A stretch of DNA of 64,000 nucleotides, taken from positions 1 to 64,000 of the IMG/VR virus record IMGVR_UViG_3300020045_017904. One strand, written 5' to 3'. Position 1 is the first letter of the stretch; every line of letters starts with the position of its first letter. The position numbers and the translations under genes were made by a program. The notes beneath the pieces were generated by a model, which did not search any database, was not told the origin of the DNA, and worked only from the letters and a program-made list of their open reading frames with translations. Positions 38,612 through 48,992 of this stretch are shown here, piece after piece. The DNA is from a virus.

Positions 38612-41407
38612 TTATTTCACGTTTATTTTTTTATATTCTAATTGATTCCAAGTTGATTCATTAGTAATATCAAAACTAGGATATTGAGCTTTAATACTTG
38701 CTAAAGTAGAATTTATATCTAAATCAACACTAAAATGAACAGGATCATATTTTGAAAATTCACCCCCCCATTTCAATGGATATTGTTGTGCAATATCTAT
38801 AAACCCAGTGGATATCCAGTCTGATTTTGAACTATTTAATACATAACTAATACCTGTTTGTCTGTTTTTTAAATTTAAATCAACAGCATATCCATAATTA
38901 TGTGCAGAATGGCCTGGTTTAACTGGAGGGTATTGGGATTGGTTTTTAAAACTTCTATAAACACTTGTAATTATTATATCATATCCTTTAAAATTAGCTA
39001 AAACATAATTAAAAAAACTAGTAAATATTGGTATAACATTAGGATGTAATTGGTTTGTTAATTGTTGAAGAGTAATCTTTTGAGAAGTTTTATTATCAAT
39101 TAAAATACTTGGTTTATTATCTGTTTTTGGGTTGGCAAGTGTTGGAGATGGGTTTGGTTTTATTTTTTTATTTTTAACCTTATCTCCATCTGTTATTTTT
39201 GGGGTTGAAAATGATTCTAAAACTGTAACCCATTCATTATTTTGAATATTATTTGTAATTGATTTTATATAAAATTCTAATGAATCACTATAATTAGAAG
39301 GTAAAAATCTAGAATCTATATTAAATTTATGATATACTTTCATTCCTGATAATCCATCCATTGTTAATGAAAGATTAAATGGAATAAAACCTGTTGTAGC
39401 TGATACTAAAGAATCTTGTGGAGTTGGTGGATTATTATTTAAATTTTGGTTTCTTGATTCTTCTGATCTTAAGGATTGTTGATATTCCATCATACTTGAT
39501 AATATTTCTGGAAATTTTTCATATTTGTCTTCATCCCAAATAGGAGATTGGGAATTATTTATAGATCCTATGTTTTCTAAAAACTCAGTATATTTTTTAT
39601 TTATATTTGGGTATTTATCTTCTAATGATTGAGATGTATTTGATTGAATAGGATTAATAATTGTGGGTTTTGTTCTATCAACTAATCCTCTATTTAATTT
39701 TGATAAAGCTGAAGAATCTTCCCCTATTATATTTCCTGTTGCAGCTGCTGAGTATGCAATTAAGGTTGAAAATTGGGGAGATAATTCTGTTTTTATTGAA
39801 AATTTTCTTACAAAAGTAGATTTTACTTGCCCTTTATTAAAACCATAAACTTCAAATTCTGCTGTTTTTTGTTGTGAATTTGGTTTTATTTGTTTTAAAA
39901 CCCAATCTTTATCTGGTATTAAAGTTTCATCTCTAATAATAGCTGTATTTGTTGTTTCATCCATTATTATATGTAATGAATTTGATCCTCCTGTAGCTTT
40001 ACAAATTGCCCCTAATAAATTTTCAAAAAATTGTATTATAGTAGTTTTATTTGATTCAATATTAATATTATTTATTAACTCAATAATATAATCTGTATTA
40101 ATATAGAAATTCATTAACTTAGCATAAGTATTATTATTATGTTCTACCCAAATAAAATCTTCACATGCGTCTGCTAAATAATTAACAACTCTTGGAGTTC
40201 CTGAGGCTATTTGTTTTTTAAAAATACAAATATTAGGATTTGAACTTATAAAAAGATGTGGAATAAAAATTATATTAGTATCAGTATTATAATCAAAATT
40301 TATTATTGGGGTTAAACTTGATCCATTCTTTACTATATTTATTTGATTTTTTGAAACCCATTCAATAAAAGATCCTAATCTTACATAATAAGTAGGAGCA
40401 TGACCTTGCCATTGTTGATTTACAAAATCTATTTTATTATCAGAAATAATATTTCTTAAGGAACTCATCCTATTCCCTGTATTATTATGTATTATTGTTT
40501 TTTTAACTGAGTTGAATAAGTTTTCTATATCATTTCTTGATATAAGGGGGGAAGGGTTTAAAGCTGTTGATAAACTTGGGGTAAGGTTAAATGGTTTTCT
40601 TAAAACCCCAGAACCAACAGGAGGGATTTCATTTGTATCCATTAATAATTTATTCATTTTTAGAGATTCAATTACATCCCCGAGACTTATTATGGATATT
40701 ATTATATTATATGTTCCATCTTCTTCAAAGCTCCAATCAAAATTTTTAACTGTTCCATATAATGCATCATAATTCCCTTCAGAAGATAATCGTTTATTTT
40801 GAATTTTTTCTAAAATATTTTCATAACTTAATATGTTGTCTAAAAATTCAGTTTCTAAACTGGAGTTGTTTTCTTTTAAATCTTCATTTTTATTAAAATA
40901 AAAAGAATGACCCCATTCTAATAACACACTAAATCCTAATCTTAAATATAATAAATCAATAATTTCAAATTGAGTTCTATTATAAGCCCTTATATTTACT
41001 GTTGCTGATTTTATGCTTCCTCTTGTAAGAGTTTTTATCTCAGCTGATATTATACCTGGCATTGGTCTTAAACCAAACTCTAATCCACCCACTCCATAAA
41101 CATTATTATTATCTTGACTTTCTGCTACACCTGATCTTTGGCTTCCTTTATTTGGTCTTGTTCCATTAAACAAAACATATTGTTTTGCTAATTGGTTTCC
41201 CATATTATTTGGGATTGTTTTTAATGTAGGGCTATTAATAATATCTCTATTACTAATATCTACTGATGAAACCAATTTTACCCAAGAACTATTCCCATGT
41301 AAGTATTTATTTATATCATCATTCTTAATTTGAGAACCATGTTTTTTTTGTCTTACATCTATTTGTTCAATTATTTCATTTGGAAAACTTTCTCCAAGTA
41401 CATTCAT
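38612..41407 (-). CDS. large baseplate hub-like protein with C-terminal M15 peptidoglycan peptidase
   Basis: ITSVYRS..Q, SAHNYGYAVD, WGG..DPVHF. Confidence 0.75.
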   Translation of the reverse strand: MNVLGESFPNEIIEQIDVRQKKHGSQIKNDDINKYLHGNSSWVKLVSSVDISNRDIINSPTLKTIPNNMGNQLAKQYVLFNGTRPNKGSQRSGVAESQDNNNVYGVGGLEFGLRPMPGIISAEIKTLTRGSIKSATVNIRAYNRTQFEIIDLLYLRLGFSVLLEWGHSFYFNKNEDLKENNSSLETEFLDNILSYENILEKIQNKRLSSEGNYDALYGTVKNFDWSFEEDGTYNIIISIISLGDVIESLKMNKLLMDTNEIPPVGSGVLRKPFNLTPSLSTALNPSPLISRNDIENLFNSVKKTIIHNNTGNRMSSLRNIISDNKIDFVNQQWQGHAPTYYVRLGSFIEWVSKNQINIVKNGSSLTPIINFDYNTDTNIIFIPHLFISSNPNICIFKKQIASGTPRVVNYLADACEDFIWVEHNNNTYAKLMNFYINTDYIIELINNINIESNKTTIIQFFENLLGAICKATGGSNSLHIIMDETTNTAIIRDETLIPDKDWVLKQIKPNSQQKTAEFEVYGFNKGQVKSTFVRKFSIKTELSPQFSTLIAYSAAATGNIIGEDSSALSKLNRGLVDRTKPTIINPIQSNTSQSLEDKYPNINKKYTEFLENIGSINNSQSPIWDEDKYEKFPEILSSMMEYQQSLRSEESRNQNLNNNPPTPQDSLVSATTGFIPFNLSLTMDGLSGMKVYHKFNIDSRFLPSNYSDSLEFYIKSITNNIQNNEWVTVLESFSTPKITDGDKVKNKKIKPNPSPTLANPKTDNKPSILIDNKTSQKITLQQLTNQLHPNVIPIFTSFFNYVLANFKGYDIIITSVYRSFKNQSQYPPVKPGHSAHNYGYAVDLNLKNRQTGISYVLNSSKSDWISTGFIDIAQQYPLKWGGEFSKYDPVHFSVDLDINSTLASIKAQYPSFDITNESTWNQLEYKKINVK

Positions 41408-41703
41408 GAATTTATTAGTCTAAACTGTTGAAGAATTTTTGTAGGGTTAGTAGGAATTCTTATCTGAACTCCTTCAGGAACCATTAATGTTCCTTGTTCA
41501 TATTTTGGATTAGCCATTGATATAATTTTCCACAAAGAAGAATCATTATAATAATCATCAGCTAAAGTATCATATCTATCACCTATTGTTGTATAAACAT
41601 ATATATCATCTTCAGATAATGGAATTTCAGGATATCTCACTGTTTGGTAAGTAGGAACACCATTAATTTTAATTTTATTTATATCTTGATATATATTCAT
41701 CAC
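41404..41703 (-). CDS. LysM-like baseplate wedge protein
   Basis: GDRYDTLA..YY.DSSLWKII..AN..G.QIRIP. Confidence 0.8.
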   Translation of the reverse strand: MMNIYQDINKIKINGVPTYQTVRYPEIPLSEDDIYVYTTIGDRYDTLADDYYNDSSLWKIISMANPKYEQGTLMVPEGVQIRIPTNPTKILQQFRLINS

Positions 41704-43409
41704 TCATCATTCATTATAAATTTTTCTCTTTTATATTCATTTACAAACCCATCTTTATCAACAGTAATATTTTGTTTTGAAGGGATAAAATTATGAATAG
41801 GAGTAAAATTAAAATTATTAACTCTAATAATATGTGGTAATTCACGAATAGTAGGATCTTTATCTCCATTATCATCTATTGCTATTTCCCAAGTAGCATC
41901 ATCTTGTATATCAACCGTCATACTATTAATAAAACCAGGAACTGCAGATATATAATCCCCTACAGTTAATTTAATTAATGGTCCTCTCATATACCCCTGT
42001 TCACTGTAATCTGGAGCTAAATTTGAGACCAAATAATTAAGTTTTCTATATAAAGGTAATAATTCTTCTCTTGATTGTGCTGCTATCACCCAAGATAATG
42101 AAATAGATCTATTAAACCCGTTATAGTTATACATGTTTTCACCTCTTCCAATATATTTTCTATTTGCCCAATCTGCATTGTATGAATCAGATATTGGATT
42201 TAAAAATGCTCTAAAATGTATAAATGTAGGGTTTTGACCATCATAATTTATTGTTTGAATTCTAAATTTAATAGCATCACTAGTATCTTTCTCTTTTACT
42301 TGACTTGATTGATATAAAGATAAAGCATTAATTAAATCAACAGGGCCATCCCCTGTTCCTGCAGTATAAGATTTTAGATTTTTTAATTTTTTTCTTCCAA
42401 ATTTAATTCCAGGGTTTCCTAAACCTAATCTATTTTCAATATTTTGTGATCTATAATCAGGATTTATAGTTGTTTTAATTCTTAATTTAGTTCTAAAATC
42501 TTGAATTTTTGGACTGAAAGATTTAGTGTTTCTTCCAATATTTAATTCAGCTGAATTATTTATTTCTTCTTGAGTTAAAACATTTGTGTTATTTTGTTCA
42601 GTTTTTATTATGTTTGTTTTTCCTATTTTTTGCATAGGATCATAAACACTAATATTCCAACTCTTCCCTCCTTCTTGATTATATTTTTGGTTTATTTGAA
42701 ATAAATCTGAACCTTTAATTTGATTTTGATAAGTAAAACTTGCACCTTTTACATTTAGTATATTAAAATCAATAATATTGGATTTATCTGTACTTGAATT
42801 TTTAATTCCAGATTGATAAGTACCATCAATTATTTTTTTACCAAATTTATTATTTTTACCTGTTCTTTGTGAAGAAAATTTTATGTTTGTTTTTCCTAGA
42901 CCTAACACAGATCCAGGCCCACCACTATATGACAATATATTAACTTCATTTCCTAATTTACCTTCTGATAATTGAACTAATCTGTTATCTTTAGTAGTTT
43001 GATCTTGTTTAACAACATCAATATAAGTACTTTGTCTTGTTTGTTTATTAAAATGAAGACCTAACCCAACCCCACCAACTTGAACTAATGTTGATAAAGG
43101 ATTATATAAACCATCATTAAATATTTTACCGCTTGCTTGAGTTTTTGGGGCAATACGAGATAATAATTCTTGTTTAGCAACAAATAAAAAACCATTTGGG
43201 GATTTTGTATCTATAAAGAATTTAGTCATTCTTTCAAAATCTTCTTTAGATCTTTTTAAAGATCCTCCCCTTAAAATAAAGTCTGGGTTTGAATTTATTA
43301 TTCCTGTTGGGATTTCAGTTTGGATGTATGGTTGATTAGAATTTCCCCCTCCGTGTCTGTCTTTCCCAAACTTAATAGATTTTAAATTTGTAACTAAATT
43401 TATTAGCAT
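41700..43409 (-). CDS. baseplate / tail-tube initiator-like protein
   Basis: FRAF..ISDSY.A.W..YIGRGE.MY.Y.GF.R; GP..KLTVGD..PGFI..WEI. Confidence 0.6.
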   Translation of the reverse strand: MLINLVTNLKSIKFGKDRHGGGNSNQPYIQTEIPTGIINSNPDFILRGGSLKRSKEDFERMTKFFIDTKSPNGFLFVAKQELLSRIAPKTQASGKIFNDGLYNPLSTLVQVGGVGLGLHFNKQTRQSTYIDVVKQDQTTKDNRLVQLSEGKLGNEVNILSYSGGPGSVLGLGKTNIKFSSQRTGKNNKFGKKIIDGTYQSGIKNSSTDKSNIIDFNILNVKGASFTYQNQIKGSDLFQINQKYNQEGGKSWNISVYDPMQKIGKTNIIKTEQNNTNVLTQEEINNSAELNIGRNTKSFSPKIQDFRTKLRIKTTINPDYRSQNIENRLGLGNPGIKFGRKKLKNLKSYTAGTGDGPVDLINALSLYQSSQVKEKDTSDAIKFRIQTINYDGQNPTFIHFRAFLNPISDSYNADWANRKYIGRGENMYNYNGFNRSISLSWVIAAQSREELLPLYRKLNYLVSNLAPDYSEQGYMRGPLIKLTVGDYISAVPGFINSMTVDIQDDATWEIAIDDNGDKDPTIRELPHIIRVNNFNFTPIHNFIPSKQNITVDKDGFVNEYKREKFIMNDE

Positions 43410-43424
43410 TATATATTTATAAGC

Positions 43425-43667
43425 TTATCGAGGTTTATTATCCAAATATTTTTTAGGTGTTTTACCATCCAAATCAAATTTAGAATATAATAATGAATTT
43501 GGGTTTAATTTGGTAATACCATTATATTTAGAAGGAGTTATACCATCTAGATCTAATCCTGAAAATATGAAGGATTTTGGATTTAGTTTTGTTTTTTTAT
43601 CATATTTAACAATACTATCATTGTCTAATATAGTTCCACTTTTTGTAAATTTTTCTAATAGTCCCAT
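43425..43667 (-). CDS. small protein with a ~26-aa internal duplication
   Basis: KY...TKLNP.S...S..DLDG.TP occurs twice. Confidence 0.55.
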   Translation of the reverse strand: MGLLEKFTKSGTILDNDSIVKYDKKTKLNPKSFIFSGLDLDGITPSKYNGITKLNPNSLLYSKFDLDGKTPKKYLDNKPR

Positions 43668-43688
43668 AATTTTTATTATAAATATGAA

Positions 43689-46493
43689 TTAGGTAGTAAT
43701 TTTATATGTACTCATATTAATACCTGTTCCTAATTTTTGTGAATCTAAATATATATTTCCTTCTTTATTTAATATTTTTGCTAAAATCATTTTCATGTCT
43801 TTAAATTCTTGAATTAATAAAGAATTATCATTTTCAAAAACATTATTTGATGATGAAAATAATTTAGAATTAGTATTGTTTTTAATATTATTTTGGTTGT
43901 GGGTTTGGATAAATTTATTATTATTTTGAACAATTTTTTCTATAGATTTATAATCTTGATTATTAATGTCTTGATTATGGATTTGGTTATTAACCTGATT
44001 ATTGTTATTAGTATCTTGGTTTTTAAATATGGGGTGATTTTGGATTGATTTTTCTATAGATTTATAATTATTTGAAGTTTCTAAATTATTTATTTTGTTT
44101 TCATCATTATCTAATTTAGTTCCTCCTAATATTATATCATCTTTTCTAAATTTTTGGATTGGTTGGCCTGGTCTTGAAATGAAATCTTGTGCTGTATTAG
44201 TACTATTATGAATATTTTCAAGTTTTTGTTCATTTACTTTTCTAATAGCTTCACTTAGGGTTTCTTCTAAACCAGTTGCACTTAAATTATATAATGTTTT
44301 TGAAAAAAATCCTAATGGTTTGGATTTTTCTACAGTTCTTTCATAATCATCTTTTTGTTCTTGAGATAAATTTTCGTATTTTTCAGATTTTTTAAAATCT
44401 TGTGATTGATTTTCAATTTGTTGAGATTTTGCACCACCAAACAAAGAACTATTAGTTATATCTGTTAACCAAATAGCAAATCTTTCTAATGTCCCCCCAT
44501 CAACAAAATTTGAAAATATTTGTTTTGCTGCATCTAATGACTCATTAAATTTTTGTTGAGCATCAGTTGATCTTAAACTTTCTAAAGCTTGTTTACTAAA
44601 TAATTCCGTTAATTCTGTGTTTTGAGTTTTGGCAATTTTATAATAATCTTCAATATTTGCTGTTCCTGATTTGAATCTGATGAATTCTTTTTCGTTTATT
44701 TTACCATTTTCTTTTAATTGGTTCAATAAAATATCATTAATAAATGTTGCTTTTCCTTTAGCAATATTTAATTCTTTTTGTTTCATAACCATTTCTGCCA
44801 TTTCTTCTCTTGACATACCCAATGTACTTGCAATAGCTGCTTGAGTAATTCTATTAGAGTTTGAAAAAGAATTTATTAATTCTTGGTTATTTCCAATTTC
44901 CCTTGTTAATCCTTCAATGTCATTTGTTAAAGCAAAAAATCTTTCTTGTTCAAAATTTAAATCTCTATTAGTTAATAATTCAGCTTCTAATTCTGATGAA
45001 ATTGAGGATTCAAAATTTAAAAAGGAATCCGCTATTTTGTCTATTTGGTTTAAAGTTAAACCAAGTTCTTTGGCTTGAGAAGTAGCTAATGTTAATTCTT
45101 TAATACCTCCTTTTATTGATAAAGCTATGGAGCTATGTGTTTCTAAAACATCTTGTAGATTTTTTCTTTCATCTAATATTATACCAGATTCTAATTTTCT
45201 TAATCTTGTAGTTCCTAAAATGACTTTTTGGGTTCCTTCAATTGATTTATTAAATAAATTACTTAATCTTAATAATCCATGTTGTTCTTCTTTAGATAAT
45301 TTTAAATATTTTAAAGCATAAGCAAATTGAGCAACAATCTCAGCTCCTCCTTCAGATATATTTTTTGTTAAATCAATAGATGTACCTAATAAATCATTAA
45401 TTTGAATACTAGATTCTATTAAATCATTTCTTGTTAATAAATTTCCTTTCTCTATATTTTGATAAAGACTAATGGACTTTATTATTTTATTCCATGATTT
45501 TTGGGTTTCTTGAGATGATTCTTTTGATATATTTAAATTTTTAGCTAGATTTGTAGTTCTTTTATCTGCTTCAAACATCAAACCTACCAAAGATTGAAAG
45601 GCTTTTACAGCAACTGTTATAGCTAATAAAGGACCCATTGCTGCTGCTATTGAAGGACCTAAAGCTTTTGCACCTGCAGACATTGTTTCAAATATACTAG
45701 CACCATTTTTTGCTACTACCCTCATTGCTTGATCTGCATCTTCGATATCTAAAATATCTCCTAATACAGGTATTTTTTTAAATCCTTCTAATATTTTTCC
45801 ACCAATTCCTATTTTTTTTTCTATTTCTTTTGTGGATTTTAATTGAGATTCTAATTCATCAGATATTGATTTTTGGCTTAATTTTTGTAATGATAATTCT
45901 TTTTCAATTTCTCTTAAAATTAATTGCCTCTCAGTTAATTGATCTTGTTGTTCCCACCCTAATCCCTCTTTTTCAGATTCAAGTACTTGAATAGATTCAT
46001 TAACATCTTTAATTCTCAAATCAAGTGCTAATTCATTAGCTTTTAATTTATTTAAATCCTTAGCAATATCTCTTGAACTAATATTTCCTGTTAATAATTG
46101 TTGTTGGTTTTCAACAAGTTTTTCATTAAGCTTATTAAGGGTTCTATAAATAGATGGTAATTGTAATTGTAGATCTTTGGTTTGTTTTACTAAATCTCTA
46201 TTTTTATTAATTACATTGTTTTGTTCTATAAAAATACTATTTGATTCTTTTAATTTTGAAATGGTACTAACTATTGCTGCCCCAAAAGTATCAATTTTAC
46301 TTTTTATAGTACTATATAAATCAGATTGTATTTCAAGAGAAAGTTCAATATCAGCTAATCTATTAATATATTCTCTTGTAGATTCAATTAATTCTCTAAA
46401 AGAAATATTACTAATATCATTTTTGATTTTTCCAGTTTGGACTAAAACTTTTTTTAAAAGCTCTTCTGATTGGGTTAATTCGATATTATCCAT
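43689..46493 (-). CDS. tape measure protein
   Basis: 934 aa helical protein; LNFESSISSELEAELLT; follows the chaperones. Confidence 0.8.
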   Translation of the reverse strand: MDNIELTQSEELLKKVLVQTGKIKNDISNISFRELIESTREYINRLADIELSLEIQSDLYSTIKSKIDTFGAAIVSTISKLKESNSIFIEQNNVINKNRDLVKQTKDLQLQLPSIYRTLNKLNEKLVENQQQLLTGNISSRDIAKDLNKLKANELALDLRIKDVNESIQVLESEKEGLGWEQQDQLTERQLILREIEKELSLQKLSQKSISDELESQLKSTKEIEKKIGIGGKILEGFKKIPVLGDILDIEDADQAMRVVAKNGASIFETMSAGAKALGPSIAAAMGPLLAITVAVKAFQSLVGLMFEADKRTTNLAKNLNISKESSQETQKSWNKIIKSISLYQNIEKGNLLTRNDLIESSIQINDLLGTSIDLTKNISEGGAEIVAQFAYALKYLKLSKEEQHGLLRLSNLFNKSIEGTQKVILGTTRLRKLESGIILDERKNLQDVLETHSSIALSIKGGIKELTLATSQAKELGLTLNQIDKIADSFLNFESSISSELEAELLTNRDLNFEQERFFALTNDIEGLTREIGNNQELINSFSNSNRITQAAIASTLGMSREEMAEMVMKQKELNIAKGKATFINDILLNQLKENGKINEKEFIRFKSGTANIEDYYKIAKTQNTELTELFSKQALESLRSTDAQQKFNESLDAAKQIFSNFVDGGTLERFAIWLTDITNSSLFGGAKSQQIENQSQDFKKSEKYENLSQEQKDDYERTVEKSKPLGFFSKTLYNLSATGLEETLSEAIRKVNEQKLENIHNSTNTAQDFISRPGQPIQKFRKDDIILGGTKLDNDENKINNLETSNNYKSIEKSIQNHPIFKNQDTNNNNQVNNQIHNQDINNQDYKSIEKIVQNNNKFIQTHNQNNIKNNTNSKLFSSSNNVFENDNSLLIQEFKDMKMILAKILNKEGNIYLDSQKLGTGINMSTYKITT

Positions 46494-46512
46494 TTATAAT
46501 GATAAATATGAA

Positions 46513-46779
46513 TTATTTAGATTTTTTTCTAATTGTAGTTTTATAATCTGCATTAATAGATCCTGCTTCTTTCATATTCTTAATAGAAGAAGCAACAACA
46601 TCATCCATATTTGTGGAATTTTTTGCTTGGATATGTTTTAATATTTTATCATGAGTGAATTTTCTTAACCATTTAGGCATTTTATAGACTTCTTCCCAAC
46701 TATATCCTCCATTCCCATAAAAAACTATTTCGTGAATTTCAGTAAAAAGACTGTTTCTAAAATATTGTATTGTCTCCAA
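46513..46779 (-). CDS. tail assembly chaperone extension (probably made by frameshift)
   Basis: GGYSWEEVYKMPKWLRKF; only a TTG start; overlaps the upstream gene. Confidence 0.65.
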   Translation of the reverse strand: METIQYFRNSLFTEIHEIVFYGNGGYSWEEVYKMPKWLRKFTHDKILKHIQAKNSTNMDDVVASSIKNMKEAGSINADYKTTIRKKSK

Positions 46780-47509
46780 GGTCAGGCCAAAAAAAGGTAA
46801 GATTTATTGGTATCTTGACTTCCTCCTCATCGCCATTATCAAGTTTAAGTTTATAAACTAAATCAATATCTGGGGTAATTTCTTTTATGTAATTTCTTAA
46901 TGCTCTTGAATCTTGGGCTAGAATTTGATTATCAACAAAATTTTTAATTATGTTTTTATCTGTTTCTCCTCCTACTTTAACTAAGGTATGTTTTAATCTT
47001 GTAGTAACATTAGTAGAAGCTTCTGGATTTAATTTTTTAAAACCTTTAATTTCTTCCTGGATTTTATCTTCGTCTATTTCATTTAAAAATTTAAATTCAA
47101 CTTCTGTTGAAGATTGAGGTAAAACAAATTTAACTGTTCTATCTTTTGTTATTAATGAAGTATCAAAAGGTTTTTCATTAATTTGGGTTAAATCAATCTT
47201 ATAATTTTTTCCCTTATATGGAATTTTATAATCTTTTCCATACCCTAAAATACGAGCAGCAATTATTATTGCATTTTTATCTCCACTATAAAGTTCTTTT
47301 AAATTTATTTTACCAAGAGTTAAGGATTCTAATACTTTATCTAAAACAGTTCCATTTTGAACATAATTTTCATTTGATAAAATATCTTCTTCTTTTGCCC
47401 CCATGTATTTCATTTCAACTTTTCCTGTTGAAAGTGGGGAATCGGGTGAATATAATAAACCTTTAGAAGGAAGTTCTACTATTTCAGTAGGCATTATGAA
47501 TTGTTCCAT
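46757..47509 (-). CDS. baseplate hub assembly / tail chaperone (T4 gp26-like)
   Basis: VELPSKGLLY, MGAKEEDIL, GDKNAI..ARI.GYG, FFWP. Confidence 0.8.
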   Translation of the reverse strand: MEQFIMPTEIVELPSKGLLYSPDSPLSTGKVEMKYMGAKEEDILSNENYVQNGTVLDKVLESLTLGKINLKELYSGDKNAIIIAARILGYGKDYKIPYKGKNYKIDLTQINEKPFDTSLITKDRTVKFVLPQSSTEVEFKFLNEIDEDKIQEEIKGFKKLNPEASTNVTTRLKHTLVKVGGETDKNIIKNFVDNQILAQDSRALRNYIKEITPDIDLVYKLKLDNGDEEEVKIPINLTFFWPDLGDNTIF

Positions 47510-47584
47510 ATACTTAATTATGATGTGTTATCACAATATAAATATTAGATTTTAAAATTCCTAATAAATTTTAGAGTTATTCTC

Positions 47585-47710
47585 TTACCCCTTTATTTAT
47601 TCTCCAACCTGCTTATCTTATTATTTAAACTCCTTGAAACCATGTTTAGTGGGAGTTATTTGATTTTATCCATGGAATAATTAATACGAGTTTTCCAAGG
47701 GTACAGGTTT
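47585..47710 (-). ncRNA. candidate structured RNA
   Basis: ORF-free intergenic region with a closing stem and two internal hairpins. Confidence 0.3.
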
Positions 47711-47725
47711 AAAAATTTATTAGTA

Positions 47726-47956
47726 TTATTTTATTACTTTGGATTGTAAATGAATTTTTTCAGGTTCATTTAAATCAAGAGACATTTCATTAATTAAATA
47801 AAATTCTTCAGGTTCAATTCCAAATTTCATACAAAAAACTAAACAAAAATCCAAATCCAAACCTGCATATTTTTCATTATAATTTTCAACAAAATCTTTT
47901 CTCCAATGTTCAACAATTTTAGATAATACTTTTTCTGCTTCTGTAAATGTTTTCAT
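47726..47956 (-). CDS. hypothetical early protein
   Basis: ORF in promoter-led island. Confidence 0.45.
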   Translation of the reverse strand: MKTFTEAEKVLSKIVEHWRKDFVENYNEKYAGLDLDFCLVFCMKFGIEPEEFYLINEMSLDLNEPEKIHLQSKVIK

Positions 47957-47962
47957 TTTTTT

Positions 47963-48286
47963 TTATTTATTATTTCTTATTAAGAATTCTTTATCTGCTT
48001 CAATATGCCAATCTTGAAGAACCTTTTCATTAATCAATTTGATATATTCATTCATTTTTTCTTCATCTTGTTTTACACCTATATCACAATTATTGTAAGA
48101 TAAACAATAATGTTCAGATTGATGGTACATTATTGAATTCATCCCTTTTTGAATTTTATGTTTTGGAATCAAATAAACAGTTCCTTCACCTTCTTCAAAA
48201 TTTAAATCATATTGTGGAAATTCTTTTTCAACAAATTCATAGAATTTCTTATTAAAACGTTTTTTATATTCTGTTTTTGTGAACAT
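47963..48286 (-). CDS. hypothetical early protein
   Basis: ORF. Confidence 0.5.
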   Translation of the reverse strand: MFTKTEYKKRFNKKFYEFVEKEFPQYDLNFEEGEGTVYLIPKHKIQKGMNSIMYHQSEHYCLSYNNCDIGVKQDEEKMNEYIKLINEKVLQDWHIEADKEFLIRNNK

Positions 48287-48290
48287 GATT

Positions 48291-48485
48291 TTATTTATTA
48301 AAATTTAGAATTAATATTTGTAATTTTTGAAGTTGGAAATTTATTTCATTTACTTTATCAACCAAATCTTTATATTCCATTTTTACACCTTTTGGGTCTG
48401 TTCCAAAATATTCTAATTCGTTTTTTTCAACAGTTAAATTAAAAAATTGATTTAATAATTGGTTTCTTGTTATTTTCTTTTCCAT
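48291..48485 (-). CDS. hypothetical early protein
   Basis: ORF. Confidence 0.45.
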   Translation of the reverse strand: MEKKITRNQLLNQFFNLTVEKNELEYFGTDPKGVKMEYKDLVDKVNEINFQLQKLQILILNFNK

Positions 48486-48490
48486 AACTT

Positions 48491-48826
48491 TTATTTTGCT
48501 AAAATTAAATTATTAATTTGTTCAACATTTGAAATTTGGTCAATTTGACGACAATATTTATGGATTTTTTTAAAAACAATATTCATTTGTTTTGGAGATA
48601 AAAATCTTTTTTCCATATAAAATTTGGCTAATTTACTCAAAATAAAAGCATCACAAGGAGCAAAACCAACACTGTTTAGGTTTGAAGTATTATCTGAATT
48701 TTGTTCATCTTTGGTTTGGGCTTCAAAAATTTTAATTAATGCTTTTGTTGCCCAAGTATCTGATGTTTTTAGTTTTTCACGAATAAATTCTTGTCTTTGT
48801 CTTTGTGTAACCTTTATCATCTTCAT
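48491..48826 (-). CDS. conserved phage hypothetical early protein
   Basis: WATKALIKIFEAQT.DEQ..N.VGF..DA..LSPKQ. Confidence 0.6.
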   Translation of the reverse strand: MKMIKVTQRQRQEFIREKLKTSDTWATKALIKIFEAQTKDEQNSDNTSNLNSVGFAPCDAFILSKLAKFYMEKRFLSPKQMNIVFKKIHKYCRQIDQISNVEQINNLILAK

Positions 48827-48827
48827 G

Positions 48828-48862
48828 GCGTAAATATACGACCAGGGATTACAATTTCCAAA
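48828..48862 (-). promoter_or_regulatory. host-type early promoter
   Basis: TTTGG-N19-TATATTTA, 4 nt before the ATG. Confidence 0.7.
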
Positions 48863-48878
48863 TTAGTTGTTGTATTTT

Positions 48879-48900
48879 ACACGTCTTGACGCGTATTTAA
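48879..48900. repeat. 22-bp CG-rich motif copy
   Basis: ACACGTCTTGACGCGTATTTAA. Confidence 0.7.
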
Positions 48901-48992
48901 ATAATACATAATATTAAAACACAGTATACCATGCAGTATGAAAGCCTATGCTAAAAAACACAGGCTTCAATAAAAATTTGATTTTGTTTAAA

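Noticed and set aside
43850-44100. Asn-rich stretch with duplicated YKSIEK in the tape measure gene
   Set aside because: Typical low-complexity expansion with no sign of a separate function.
48942-48967. Hairpin after the tail tube gene
   Set aside because: Plausible terminator, but the U-tract is weak, so it was not called.
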